Positions 1 to 10,099 of a DNA stretch of 64,000 bases are shown here, piece by piece (within the stretch, counting starts at the first letter, position 1; every line of letters starts with the position of its first letter). The DNA is from Fibrobacteria bacterium (GTDB taxonomy: Bacteria > Fibrobacterota > Fibrobacteria > UBA11236): contig JAYTSD010000045.1 of assembly GCA_043745805.1 (NCBI GenBank), positions 96,001 to 160,000 of the forward strand, written 5' to 3'. The position numbers and the translations under genes are program-made. The notes under the pieces are model-generated. The model searched no databases and had not been told where the DNA came from. It saw only the letters and a list, made by a program, of their open reading frames with translations.

Positions 1-748
1 CATCGTCTTTGATGGCAAGTACATGACTTCCACCGGCGGCAATGTCTATCCAATGATCTGTGCTGGGCCCGATAAGTGTTGGAATATTATAGGTACTATT
101 GGTGTTACCTTGTCCAAGTTGAGAAAAATTGTTTTTACCCCAACTCCAAAGCGAACCATCCGCTTTCAAGGCAATAGTAAAGCCTTTACCCGCCGCAGCT
201 TTTATCCAGTTATTTTCAATTCCAACACGCGCAGGGAAGGATTTTGTTGCACCTGCATTGGCACCAAGTCCTAATTCTCCGTCGGCATTATTTCCCCACG
301 CATAAAGGGCTCCATCGTATTGTATGGCTAAGGCATGATCAAATCCCGCAGTAACAAATCGCCACCAGTCACCATCCCCAATAGTTCCAGGAAAATTATG
401 ATCAAGATAACTTTGCCCTAATTGTCCTTTATTATTTTTCCCCCAACTCATTAAACCACCATAATCGGCTATGCCCACAGAAAAGGAGTCGCCCGCAGCC
501 ACTTGCACGAAAAAATTATAACCGGTATTTACAGGATTTAATCGTCGTGAATACGTGCCGTCACTGAGTTCTCCCGAAGCATTGCTGCCCCAAGAGTATA
601 GGGACCCATCGGGTTTAATAAGTAAAGTATGTGAAGAGCCTGCCGCCATAATGGGAAAGGGGCCGGGAAGCCTTGTATCGGCGGAAAGATTATGAATTAA
701 AATAAGGGATAAAAATATATACCCAATTTTTCCAGCTTTTTTTTGCAT
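1..748 (-). CDS. Secreted RCC1/BLIP-II-like beta-propeller repeat protein (5' part; runs off window start)
   Basis: Not in ORF track. Hand translation from ATG at 748: MQKKAGKIGYIFLSLILIHNLSA signal peptide, then repeats AAGSSHTLLIKPDGSLYSWGSNASGELSDG, AAGDSFSVGI..GGLMSWGKNNKGQLG, AGFDHALAIQYDGALYAWGNNADGELG, AAGKGFTIALKADGSLWSWGKNNFSQLG. Confidence 0.9.
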   Translation of the reverse strand, partial: MQKKAGKIGYIFLSLILIHNLSADTRLPGPFPIMAAGSSHTLLIKPDGSLYSWGSNASGELSDGTYSRRLNPVNTGYNFFVQVAAGDSFSVGIADYGGLMSWGKNNKGQLGQSYLDHNFPGTIGDGDWWRFVTAGFDHALAIQYDGALYAWGNNADGELGLGANAGATKSFPARVGIENNWIKAAAGKGFTIALKADGSLWSWGKNNFSQLGQGNTNSTYNIPTLIGPSTDHWIDIAAGGSHVLAIKDD

Positions 749-956
749 GAAGGCTTTTCCTTTGTGAAGTGTTAAATCTTGTTTTGAAATGGATTTAGAA
801 CAAATTCACAAGTTAGATGCATGCTTAATTCCTTTTGTCTCATTAAAAAAATAAGACTTATTTAATTTCGGTCGAATCAATTGTTCCCATGATTTTGTTT
901 AGCTGAGGAAAAACGATAAGTATTTAGTAAGGGGGCTATTTTTTGGGGTTTTAACT

Positions 957-1610
957 CTACTTTGCAGTAGAATTTGCACTTAAATGTTGCAAAATTTGGG
1001 CGAGGTTAAATTGCCAGGAAATCCCTAGGAAGCTATCGCGAGTCCATTCATGGACTGGATAATCGTATAGTTGTAAATAATTAATTTCATAACGCGCATA
1101 CAAAGCAAAAGCTTGCCATTGATAAAATATTTGGGGTCGCAGCGAGAAGGAAATTCCATTTTCATAAAAACGCGTCCATAGTGAAATATTACCACTATAT
1201 TTTTTATATTCTGTAGTATAGGCCAAACTCCATAAGGGCTCGGCACTATTATCAATATGACCACGCACATCCCTGAGTAGGCGTATACGAATATCTAATC
1301 CAAGCCCTGAAGAAAAATAACCTTGAGCAATTTTTTCCGGATAGAAATATTCTGCAATAGGGGTAATATCATAGGCTGTTTTATTGATAAGAAAAAAAGT
1401 CCCATAGGCGCGAAGTTGAGCATTTAACCTGATTGGGAGGTGCTTAAGACTAGGTGAATGGTAGATTAAATTACTCATTGCATAAGCGTATCGAGTTCTA
1501 TAACTTCCAATATCATAAAGGATTTCATGATGGGAAAGGTCTAATGCTTTGCTTTGTTGGGGACAGAAAAAAAACAAATTCACTAACACTATTTTCCACC
1601 AGGAACTCAT
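957..1610 (-). CDS. Hypothetical secreted protein, probable outer-membrane beta-barrel
   Basis: Signal peptide, aromatic-rich alternating strands, FLGISWQF near C-terminus; ATGA overlap with upstream gene. Confidence 0.55.
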   Translation of the reverse strand: MSSWWKIVLVNLFFFCPQQSKALDLSHHEILYDIGSYRTRYAYAMSNLIYHSPSLKHLPIRLNAQLRAYGTFFLINKTAYDITPIAEYFYPEKIAQGYFSSGLGLDIRIRLLRDVRGHIDNSAEPLWSLAYTTEYKKYSGNISLWTRFYENGISFSLRPQIFYQWQAFALYARYEINYLQLYDYPVHEWTRDSFLGISWQFNLAQILQHLSANSTAK

Positions 1611-2455
1611 GGTGCAACTTCCAGATAGGATGACCCAATGCGTAATTCATCTAAATAAATAATATTAGTTTTTAGGGGATTGTTTTTCCCACGGTATTGA
1701 CCGAATTTGAAATAGTTGCCGCTACGATTATAAAGATTTCTTTGAAAATACTTATAATCTGTTCCGTTAAAAGTGGTAAAAAAACTCCCATTCAACCATG
1801 CTTCAATGTAGCCCGTTGCGTCGTCCACCCAGTAAATATGGCAAATAATATCCTGCCATTTTCCTTTTTCAATACGAACTTTATTACTAACGGTAAAAGT
1901 TGAATTTGGAATTGGATTTGGAGTATCATTCATATTAATAACAATTTGACTATCCTCGTAGATTAATGCAATAGGAGGAGGCGAGCCATGTAAAGCTATT
2001 ATAGGATCCCAGTTTTCACCTTGGCTATAATTGGGTAAGTCTTGCCACTGCGCGATAACATTATAGCCTCCCTCAGTATAACCGGTATCGATCATAAAGC
2101 TCCAAGCATAGTACACTTCGGTTTTGAAAAAGGCGCAATCGTAAACGGCTAATTCGGCACGATACCCATTGTTTATATAATCGTCGGGACGCAAAGTATT
2201 TTTTAAGGCAAATTTGCCATGGCGCACAGGCATATTCACTAAAATGGTATTTACCGATTGGTTGGGTATAAGGTAATGCCACCCGAGTAAATTTCCCGAT
2301 TCGAAATCACCTCTGAAATGATTAAACGATTGGTTGGGTTCAGCGGTTGGTAATTTTCCACAGCCGTTTAAAAAGGCGCTAAAAATTAATATGAGAGTTA
2401 TTTTTTTGAATACTAATATAGTCGATAGACGCAATAAATTAATTTTTGAAGTCAT
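1607..2455 (-). CDS. Polysaccharide lyase / heparin lyase I-like beta-jelly-roll lipoprotein
   Basis: Lipobox LNGC; motifs GDFESG, RAEL, YYAWSFMI, IAQW, KGKWQD, GYIEAWLNG, YFKFGQYR, IYLDELRIG. Confidence 0.7.
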   Translation of the reverse strand: MTSKINLLRLSTILVFKKITLILIFSAFLNGCGKLPTAEPNQSFNHFRGDFESGNLLGWHYLIPNQSVNTILVNMPVRHGKFALKNTLRPDDYINNGYRAELAVYDCAFFKTEVYYAWSFMIDTGYTEGGYNVIAQWQDLPNYSQGENWDPIIALHGSPPPIALIYEDSQIVINMNDTPNPIPNSTFTVSNKVRIEKGKWQDIICHIYWVDDATGYIEAWLNGSFFTTFNGTDYKYFQRNLYNRSGNYFKFGQYRGKNNPLKTNIIYLDELRIGSSYLEVAP

Positions 2456-2664
2456 ATTTTTTTAATTGAAAACTGCTTGATTCCCACAATAAATTACATT
2501 CCGCCTAAGTCTGGCTATTTGCCACTTAAACCTCTAAGTCAGCTTTTCGAAATATAACTGTTTTGAAGGTAAAATCGACTGTGTTTTTTTGCTTCATATT
2601 GGAAGCTTATTGAAGGTATAATCGATCGGATATTGTATTTGGGAGTAATAATGGAAAAAGCTTT

Positions 2665-4197
2665 TTGGCCAATTTAAATACGCCTAAAAATTTTGTTTAC
2701 ATCTTACTAGGTATTTTACTTTTAAGTGGGCTAATCAGAATCAATTATGCCTATAAAGAAGCTGTACCAACTGGAGATGAAGGGCCTTGGATGCGTTTGG
2801 CGGTTTCCTTTCCTGAAAAAAACTTTATGGTCAGCAAGGTTATTGAACATGATTTGTATTTCCAAAGAAGCCTTCCGCATCCAGAAGATAATCGTTCGCC
2901 GCTTTTCCCAATTTTACTTTCGCCAGCAAGATTTTTTTCGAATCCTTATTTCGCTGCAAAGTTACTCAATCTTGCTTTAATTTTAACCTTAACCTTTGCC
3001 CTTTGTTTTTTATTAAAAAAGTATGTGGGTGTTGCCACAACATTAAGTTTCGCATGCCTATTAGGCATAAGTCCAGTCGTGATAACGTACTCTTCCTTGG
3101 TATATCCGGATATTTTATTTGCTTTAGGAGTGCTCTTATTTGTTTTAACCATACCTAAATTTCCAAGCTCAATCAAATCTTCTTTTGGGAGTGGTTTACT
3201 AATTGGATTATTTTTTTTATTAAAAAGTACCGCTATATTTTTACTTCCTGGGATATTGATCGCTTTTTATTTGGAGAAAGAGGAAAAGCAAATCCTGATA
3301 AAGTTTATGGCTTTTAGCGTAACGTTTATGTTATGTGCCTTACCTTTAATGATTTACAATATTCATCATTTTAACTCGCCTCTTTATCAATTTTCGGGTT
3401 ACAATTTATGGGTCGATAATGGCAATCAAATGTTCCATGTTCATGAACCACGTCCTTCCTTTAGTATGTATCATCAAACCCATAGTTTTTTCTTTATTTT
3501 TTGTGAACGTCCTGTTTTGGGGTTGATGCAATTGATTAAAAACTTTTTCAAATTCGATTTGTATTTATCGCTTTGGTTATTGCCTTTGACACTAGTGGGC
3601 TTGTATAAGTTATTTAAACTTTTGCCAGTCAAAAATTTACGTAACTATTTTTTACTTTTTTCCTTAGCATATTTTCCCATGATGGCTTATTTGTCTTATT
3701 CCATTTGGGTCACACGGTATATTTTAGTTTACTATTTTATCTTTTATTTATTGGCGGCATTGGGAATGGTATGCTTGACTGAAAAAATTGCTAAACCTAA
3801 TTTTCGGTTAGCATTAAATTCGGTTTTACTTTGCATTGCATTTTACAGTGTCGCTTACCCCCTAGAATATTACACTTCAAGGCGTGGTAGTAAGGTACTG
3901 CAAGATCATGACATTCGTGCGCTTATACATAGAATTGATAAAGTGGTTCCTACTAATGCGGCTGTGTTAAGTACCGAAGTAGGAATGTATAGCTTTATGC
4001 ATTCTATGCAATCCGTAAATATATTCGATGAGATTGAAAATATGCAACTGTTAATGGATAATTACCCTATTCAATATGTGTTGGTTCCTGATGTAGATAA
4101 GGAAAAATTGAGCAAAACTTTCATTCAAAAAAAAGGTTGGAAATTAATTTCCCTAGATCATGAAGGTTCGTTCACCTTTTATCAGCTTGGACATTAA
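2665..4197 (+). CDS. ArnT/PMT-like (GT-C fold) membrane glycosyltransferase
   Basis: About 11 TM helices, GDE in first loop, RSPLFP, PD motif, LLK, RY motif; followed by a polyprenol-phosphate GT2. Start codon uncertain. Confidence 0.75.
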   Translation: MANLNTPKNFVYILLGILLLSGLIRINYAYKEAVPTGDEGPWMRLAVSFPEKNFMVSKVIEHDLYFQRSLPHPEDNRSPLFPILLSPARFFSNPYFAAKLLNLALILTLTFALCFLLKKYVGVATTLSFACLLGISPVVITYSSLVYPDILFALGVLLFVLTIPKFPSSIKSSFGSGLLIGLFFLLKSTAIFLLPGILIAFYLEKEEKQILIKFMAFSVTFMLCALPLMIYNIHHFNSPLYQFSGYNLWVDNGNQMFHVHEPRPSFSMYHQTHSFFFIFCERPVLGLMQLIKNFFKFDLYLSLWLLPLTLVGLYKLFKLLPVKNLRNYFLLFSLAYFPMMAYLSYSIWVTRYILVYYFIFYLLAALGMVCLTEKIAKPNFRLALNSVLLCIAFYSVAYPLEYYTSRRGSKVLQDHDIRALIHRIDKVVPTNAAVLSTEVGMYSFMHSMQSVNIFDEIENMQLLMDNYPIQYVLVPDVDKEKLSKTFIQKKGWKLISLDHEGSFTFYQLGH

Positions 4198-4897
4198 CGT
4201 GGGTGTTACCGTATTAAAACCCCCCATATCAGTAATCATTTGTACTAAAAATGAAGCCGGTGGAATCGCTAATTTAATTCACGAAGCCAGCAAGTTTTCT
4301 CAAGAAGTAATTGTCATTGATGGTCATTCAAGCGATGGGACCGCAGACCTGGCCAAACAAGCTGGAGCTAAGGTATGGCAGGACAATGGCAAGGGTAAAG
4401 GCGCAGCCTATAAATTAGCTATACAAAAGGCGAGCGGAGATATCCTGGTTTTCATCGATGGAGATGGTTCGCATGAAACGAAAGATATTCCCGTATTAGC
4501 CGAACCCATATTAAATAATAAAGCGGATTTGGTTATAGCTTCACGGCATAAGGGCGGGAGCGATGAATGGCGTGGAGATCTAAATACTTATGTGCGTCAT
4601 TTAGGTAATGGCATTTTATCCATTAGTATGAATTATCGATGGAAGGCTAATTTAACCGATGTGTTGAATGGTTACCGTGCCTTGCGAAAAGACATTGCCC
4701 TCAAAATCCCTTTACGGCCCGATGGATTTGATATTGAGCAACATATGATAGCCCAATTTTTAAAATATGGTTTTCGCGTAGTAGAGGTGCCTAGTCATGA
4801 GTATTGTCGCGCTTGGGGCGAATCTAAATTACCTACTTATCAAAAAGCCTATTTATTTTTTTGGAGATTGTTCTTGGATTTGATCACCCATAAGTAA
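4160..4897 (+). CDS. GT2 family glycosyltransferase (DPM1-like polyprenol-phosphate sugar synthase)
   Basis: ISVIICTKNEA, VIDGHSSDGT, GKGAA, FIDGDGSH, DLVIASR, TDVLNGYRA, GESKL; true start may be a downstream GTG. Confidence 0.9.
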   Translation: MKVRSPFISLDINVGVTVLKPPISVIICTKNEAGGIANLIHEASKFSQEVIVIDGHSSDGTADLAKQAGAKVWQDNGKGKGAAYKLAIQKASGDILVFIDGDGSHETKDIPVLAEPILNNKADLVIASRHKGGSDEWRGDLNTYVRHLGNGILSISMNYRWKANLTDVLNGYRALRKDIALKIPLRPDGFDIEQHMIAQFLKYGFRVVEVPSHEYCRAWGESKLPTYQKAYLFFWRLFLDLITHK

Positions 4898-5929
4898 TTC
4901 GCGCTGTGATTTAGAATGACGCTTAAAATATTTTTTGGGAATGGTATGTCCCTTACGTAATTCTTTTTGATCTTCTATGGGTAAAGTGGCAATCCCTTTA
5001 CATTCTTCTGAACAACAACCTTGCATTTTTTCATGACAGGTTGGGCACTGAATGAACAATAAATTGCAAGCCTTATTTTTACAATTATGATGTGTGTCGC
5101 AAGGTAATTCACATTGATGGCAATTGGCAACAATGTCGTTGGAAATACGTTCAGACATGCGAAAATCGAAAACAAAATTTTTACCTTTAAATTTATTTTC
5201 TAATCCTTCGGCTTTGACTTGCCGTAAATATTCAATAATACCACCCTCCAGCTGATACACATGGGGGTAACCTTTATGTTTAAAATAGGCGCTGGCTTTT
5301 TCGCAACGAATACCGCCGGTGCAATACATCACCAAATTTTTATCATCGGTTTTGCCTTTTAAATCGGCATCAATGATATCTAAGGATTCTCGGAACGTAT
5401 CCACATCGGGTTTTAAGGCACTTTGAAAATGTCCGATTTCACTTTCATAATGATTACGCATATCAACTAATATGGTATCCGGTTTATCGATTATGGCATT
5501 AAAGTCACGTGCCTTTAAATGCATGCCAATTTGAGTGGCATCGAAAGTGGGATCGTCAATACCATCCGCTACAATTTTAGGACGAACTTTTATTTTAAGT
5601 TTCAAAAAAGATTTATTGTCATGCTCAATAGCCACATTCAAACGATTTCCTTTTAAAAAGGGAATACTATCTAAATGTTCTTTAAAGGCTTTGAAATTAT
5701 CGGCAGGTAATGAGAGTTGCGCATTAATGCCTTCGGTAGCCACATAGATGCGACCTAATACATCTAGCTTTTCCCAAACTTGATATAAATCATCGCGGAA
5801 AACTAGAGGGTCAGAGAGATTATGATACTTATAAAAAGAAATGGTAATGCGATCTTTGCCCGCAGCATCAATTAACTTTTCGCGTTCGCTGGCGCTAAGA
5901 TTATTATACTGCATCATAATGGGGAGCAA
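4853..5929 (-). CDS. trhO: Rhodanese-domain oxygen-dependent tRNA uridine(34) hydroxylase (YceA/TrhO)
   Basis: ISFYKY, GRIYVATEGINAQ, DMRNHYESEIGHF, YCTGGIRCEKAS, GKNFVFDFR, C-terminal Cys cluster. Confidence 0.9.
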   Translation of the reverse strand: MLPIMMQYNNLSASEREKLIDAAGKDRITISFYKYHNLSDPLVFRDDLYQVWEKLDVLGRIYVATEGINAQLSLPADNFKAFKEHLDSIPFLKGNRLNVAIEHDNKSFLKLKIKVRPKIVADGIDDPTFDATQIGMHLKARDFNAIIDKPDTILVDMRNHYESEIGHFQSALKPDVDTFRESLDIIDADLKGKTDDKNLVMYCTGGIRCEKASAYFKHKGYPHVYQLEGGIIEYLRQVKAEGLENKFKGKNFVFDFRMSERISNDIVANCHQCELPCDTHHNCKNKACNLLFIQCPTCHEKMQGCCSEECKGIATLPIEDQKELRKGHTIPKKYFKRHSKSQRELLMGDQIQEQSPKK

Positions 5930-5979
5930 AGTTAAAAATTAATAAGCAAAATAAAACCCTAGATCATGCCCTGAAAACG

Positions 5980-6480
5980 CTAACCTACTACGGTAATTTG
6001 GGTTTTTGCTTGACTATTAAATCTATCAATCACTTGTACCAAAATTCTAAAATTTTCTTTTAGTTGAGAAGGCATTTTCTCTTTATTAATCAGCAAAATT
6101 ATTTGATCCTTATCGCAAAATTCGTTTAAAGCCTTTTCAAGTTCGGGCCATTCAAATTCAGCATAGGTGGGGAAATTTATTTGATCGGATAAAGAGCGGA
6201 ATAGGCCATCTTTATTTAGGATACGACGAAAATCTAATTTTACTAAATTAGCATCCGACTTACTATTTAAAGACTCGTCAATTTTACTTTGATAATCTTT
6301 TTCATAACGTAAATCGGAAGCATTTTCTAGCACGGCCTCTAATTCTACTATGGCTTTTAATTCTCCCGCATGACTAATTAAGTTTAGGCCGCGGCTTTGA
6401 ATTTTACCCAATAGATCCAACAATATGCAGATATTTTCATCCGATAAGGTTATTTCTTTTTGCAAAATATTTTCTGACAA
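5980..6480 (-). CDS. Two-domain protein with C-terminal barstar-like domain
   Basis: C-terminal LDFRRILNKDGLFRSLSDQINFPTYAEFEWPELEKAL resembles barstar (..L..FP.Y.G.NWDAL.D.L); TTG start. Confidence 0.55.
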   Translation of the reverse strand: MSENILQKEITLSDENICILLDLLGKIQSRGLNLISHAGELKAIVELEAVLENASDLRYEKDYQSKIDESLNSKSDANLVKLDFRRILNKDGLFRSLSDQINFPTYAEFEWPELEKALNEFCDKDQIILLINKEKMPSQLKENFRILVQVIDRFNSQAKTQITVVG

Positions 6481-6524
6481 ATTAATTCCTCAAAGAAATA
6501 ATTGTGGGGGAGTGTGAATTTAAT

Positions 6525-7226
6525 TTAAGCCGATTTATCGTTTTCAAAAAAACGATAAACGATACCCGCCACCGCTGCACCCATTATAGGAGCAACCCAG
6601 AATAACCAAAGTTGTTGCAAAGCCCAACCGCCTACAAAAACAGCTGGACCAGTGCTGCGAGCAGGGTTAACGGAAGTATTGGTTACGGGTATACTGATTA
6701 AATGAATCAAGGTAAGCCCTAGGCCAATAGCAATAGGGGCTAGGCCTTTTGGGGCACGGACATCAGTTGCGCCTAAAATGATAATGAGAAACATAAAGGT
6801 CATAACTAATTCTGTGACTAGTCCCGAAGCAAGGTTGTAGCCTCCAGGTGAATGTTCGCCATAACCATTGGACGCAAGGCCTGCGCTCAAATCAAAACCG
6901 GCTTTGCCCGAGGCAATGAAGTATAAAGTTCCTGCTGCTGCAATGGCACCCAATACTTGGGCAATAATATAAGGCAATAAGTCAGCAGCTTTAAAGCGAC
7001 CCGCAACTGTTAATCCTACAGAAACAGCGGGATTTAAATGACATCCAGAAATATGCCCAATGGCAAATGCCATGGTTAAAACTGTGAGACCAAATGCCAG
7101 CGAAACTCCTAGCAGACCTATTCCCACACCAGGAAATGCGGCGGAGAGTACAGCGCTTCCGCAGCCGCCTAAAACTAGCCAATAGGTTCCAATAAATTCT
7201 GCTAAGCTGCGTTTAAATAAGGACAT
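6525..7226 (-). CDS. aqpZ: Aquaporin Z
   Basis: [17 protein letters not shown], two NPA motifs ([13 protein letters not shown]), [11 protein letters not shown]. Confidence 0.97.
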   Translation of the reverse strand: MSLFKRSLAEFIGTYWLVLGGCGSAVLSAAFPGVGIGLLGVSLAFGLTVLTMAFAIGHISGCHLNPAVSVGLTVAGRFKAADLLPYIIAQVLGAIAAAGTLYFIASGKAGFDLSAGLASNGYGEHSPGGYNLASGLVTELVMTFMFLIIILGATDVRAPKGLAPIAIGLGLTLIHLISIPVTNTSVNPARSTGPAVFVGGWALQQLWLFWVAPIMGAAVAGIVYRFFENDKSA

Positions 7227-7418
7227 TGAGGCTCCTAAGTTTTAGTGTGATAAAATGTTGAGTGGAAGTAAACTTAATTTAAAGACTCACAAAACTAAAA
7301 AAGCGTGGCGAATAACCAAGTAGAAGACAAGAATTAGCTCCATTAAACTCCCGATAATTTATGCAGAGTGCAAATAAATGAATTAATTTTCCCCGATGAA
7401 TTTTAGTGAGTATCGACA

Positions 7419-8453
7419 ATGATTCCCCAAGTAAAGTCTACAACCCAATTGGATGCTAATAAACACATTGGCGATATTTTAAATTTGGCCATAGAGTATA
7501 CGCCTTCCCATCTGGCTTTAATTATTTACGACACACAATGTGAACTCACAAAAATGATTGCCGAAGCTTATCGCTATTGCCTGCCGAATGCAAAATTTAT
7601 CCATTTCGATTCCATTGAACAGTCCATGATCATGGCCGAATTTAAAATGCTGAAGCCCTTGGATTTAGTTGTGCTTATTCAATCCACAAGTTTTCGTTTA
7701 GATGCTTTTCGTATTCGGGTAGAATTATTTCGACTCAAAATTAAAGTGATAGAACATCCGCATCTCGCGCGAATGTTGGGTATAGAGGCCGATTGGTATA
7801 TTGATTCACTTGCTTATGACGCCCAATATTATCGTGGCATTGGCCATGCACTTAAAAAAAGAATTGACGGCGCAAATAGGGCGGTCATTGATAGTGGAGG
7901 AGAGCATTTAGTTTATGCCTCTGCATTTGAGTCGGCAAAGCTCAATATAGGTGATTTTACGGGAATGGCTAATATCGGTAGTCAATTTCCCATTGGCGAA
8001 GTATTCACCGAAACCAAAAACTTTAATGCGGTAAATGGACGGGTGCGAATTTTTGCTTTTGCGGATAGTAACTTTCGCGTTAACAAACCTGAAAAACCTA
8101 TTACGCTTGTAATAGAACAGAGTAAAGTGGTCGAGGTTATTGATTCAATTGAAGAACTGGATATAGTAATAGATAAAATTCGTGCGGATGAGGATGAGGT
8201 GTGGGTGCGTGAGTTAGGTTTTGGAATGAATCGAACCTTTACTCCCGAAAAAATTGTGAGCGACATTGGAACTTATGAACGCATGTGTGGCATTCATCTT
8301 TCCCTTGGGGCCAAGCATGCTATTTATGCTAAACCTCTTTTCAATCGGAAAACGAGTAAGCATCATGTCGATGTATTTGCGGTTACCAAATCGGTTTACC
8401 TTGATGAAGAAAATGTTTTTCGCAATGGGGCTTGGGTTTTAGAAAAGGATTAA
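7419..8453 (+). CDS. Aminopeptidase T / peptidase M29-like protein
   Basis: PIGEVF, ELGFGMN, ERMCGIHLSLG, HHVDVF motifs typical of the M29-like fold. Confidence 0.6.
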   Translation: MIPQVKSTTQLDANKHIGDILNLAIEYTPSHLALIIYDTQCELTKMIAEAYRYCLPNAKFIHFDSIEQSMIMAEFKMLKPLDLVVLIQSTSFRLDAFRIRVELFRLKIKVIEHPHLARMLGIEADWYIDSLAYDAQYYRGIGHALKKRIDGANRAVIDSGGEHLVYASAFESAKLNIGDFTGMANIGSQFPIGEVFTETKNFNAVNGRVRIFAFADSNFRVNKPEKPITLVIEQSKVVEVIDSIEELDIVIDKIRADEDEVWVRELGFGMNRTFTPEKIVSDIGTYERMCGIHLSLGAKHAIYAKPLFNRKTSKHHVDVFAVTKSVYLDEENVFRNGAWVLEKD

Positions 8454-8465
8454 GTCCCTAAGGTT

Positions 8466-8876
8466 TTAGGTTACTTTATGCGGGCGAGCACGTAAGGCAC
8501 TCCAGGTTACGTCAATTTCGATTTGGGTAACCGGTCTAATACCGATTTTTAATAGCGCTTCACCGACTCTATCTCTTTTTAAATCACTTTTAATTTGACC
8601 CGTCATTTTAGGATAGCAAGCCCAAAATAAACAATCGAATTTTCCGGCAGTTTTCACATCGGCCAATAGACTATCTAATTCCACTAATTGGCTGGCAAAA
8701 ATTTGTATAAAATCATAGCGCCCATTTTTTTCACTATTAATTTTGGTGTCAAAATCAAAATCTGTGAGAATATCTAAAAACTCTTTTGGAGCATTGACGA
8801 TCAACACATTCTCTTTGCCGATAACTTTTAATTTTTTAAGTACATACTCGGAATCAATATTGACTTTGTGTTCCAT
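8466..8876 (-). CDS. Conserved hypothetical protein (DUF3052-like / YdeI-associated N-terminal domain)
   Basis: LIVNAP, FWACYPK, SDLKRD, IDVTWSALR. Confidence 0.6.
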   Translation of the reverse strand: MEHKVNIDSEYVLKKLKVIGKENVLIVNAPKEFLDILTDFDFDTKINSEKNGRYDFIQIFASQLVELDSLLADVKTAGKFDCLFWACYPKMTGQIKSDLKRDRVGEALLKIGIRPVTQIEIDVTWSALRARPHKVT

Positions 8877-8879
8877 GCT

Positions 8880-9893
8880 TTATTTTGTTCCCATTTTCAT
8901 TATTTCTCCAAATACTTCTTTAAGTATACCAGAGATATCTGAAGCAATGTTTTTGATATAACCGAAAGGGTCGCGACGAATATCTTTTTCTTCTTCGCCC
9001 ACTAAATAAAAGAGCCCGCCTAATGCTTTATCCGTAGTCCAAGTTCCTAGACTTTCGGTGACTATGGGATTATAATTTATTTGTTTCAAGGCGGTTAATT
9101 TTAGTACCGGAGCATTGATGACCAAAGTATTTGTATTCCAAGAATTTTGAAAGCCAAGCAATTCATTGTATTTGCTTAAGGCGGAATTGTAGGTTGTTCT
9201 AAAGTTACTCCAATATTTAGTCAATGGCACCAAGCGTAAAGTGGAATCAACAAGAGGTGTATAGGCATTTATTAATGGATTAAAAGTTTTACCATTCAAA
9301 TAAGCTGTAGCTGCCGTGCTGTCTGAGCTATTTAATAATGTGAGGCCATCGGTAATGGACATACCAGTAATGGCACTTTTAAAAATGGGCACTGACCGAG
9401 GTGCAGCATATTCCGCTGCGCGATTCATATACTTAATCAACGAGTCACTAATAGAGCTGAGTCCTGCGAGGTCAGTTAATAAAGTGTTGGAGCTATTCAG
9501 ATTACTTTGCAAAGAGTTTTTATCCGAGGTCCCCAAAGTAAGATTCGCAACGGTCTGCACGGTAGTTAATTGTGAGGCAAAGGGCTTGAGCATATTTCCG
9601 ACTTCTTCTGCCGCAGCTAAAGCCTGCTTCGCCTCTTCGGGAAGTAATATTTTTATTACTTTACTTGCTAAATAGCCATTGGCTTTTCCTGCAATATTTG
9701 CGCTAGAATCGATACCCACCTTTAAGGCCGTTCTTAAACCTAAAACTACTTTTTGATCCAAGGTTAAACTAGAATCCGTTCTCATACCTTTTGAGGCGGT
9801 GACGAAATCTTCCAAGGTGCATGATTCCAAAAATAAAAGGCTGCTCAAGAGGCCACCGATGATAATAAAACTGGAAAGAAATTTTTTGAACAT
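8880..9893 (-). CDS. DUF4197 family lipoprotein
   Basis: Lipobox LESC; GLRTALKVG, KILLPEE, MNRAAEYA, AATAYL, ALGGLFYLVGEEEKDIRRDP. Confidence 0.85.
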   Translation of the reverse strand: MFKKFLSSFIIIGGLLSSLLFLESCTLEDFVTASKGMRTDSSLTLDQKVVLGLRTALKVGIDSSANIAGKANGYLASKVIKILLPEEAKQALAAAEEVGNMLKPFASQLTTVQTVANLTLGTSDKNSLQSNLNSSNTLLTDLAGLSSISDSLIKYMNRAAEYAAPRSVPIFKSAITGMSITDGLTLLNSSDSTAATAYLNGKTFNPLINAYTPLVDSTLRLVPLTKYWSNFRTTYNSALSKYNELLGFQNSWNTNTLVINAPVLKLTALKQINYNPIVTESLGTWTTDKALGGLFYLVGEEEKDIRRDPFGYIKNIASDISGILKEVFGEIMKMGTK

Positions 9894-10099
9894 AAAACTC
9901 CAAATCTAAATACTCGATAAGAATCACTTAAAAATACCTTATTTATGCACTAAAAGCCGGAGTTTTTAGTGCGGATTCAATTTGTATAGTGCTAAATTGA
10001 TGGCTTCCATAACTCTTTTTAATTTACCAAAAGGTTAATTAGCCAAATAGTTTATTAGAAAACTTTATATAGATGTTTTAAGCAAAGGTTTTGTAAAGC

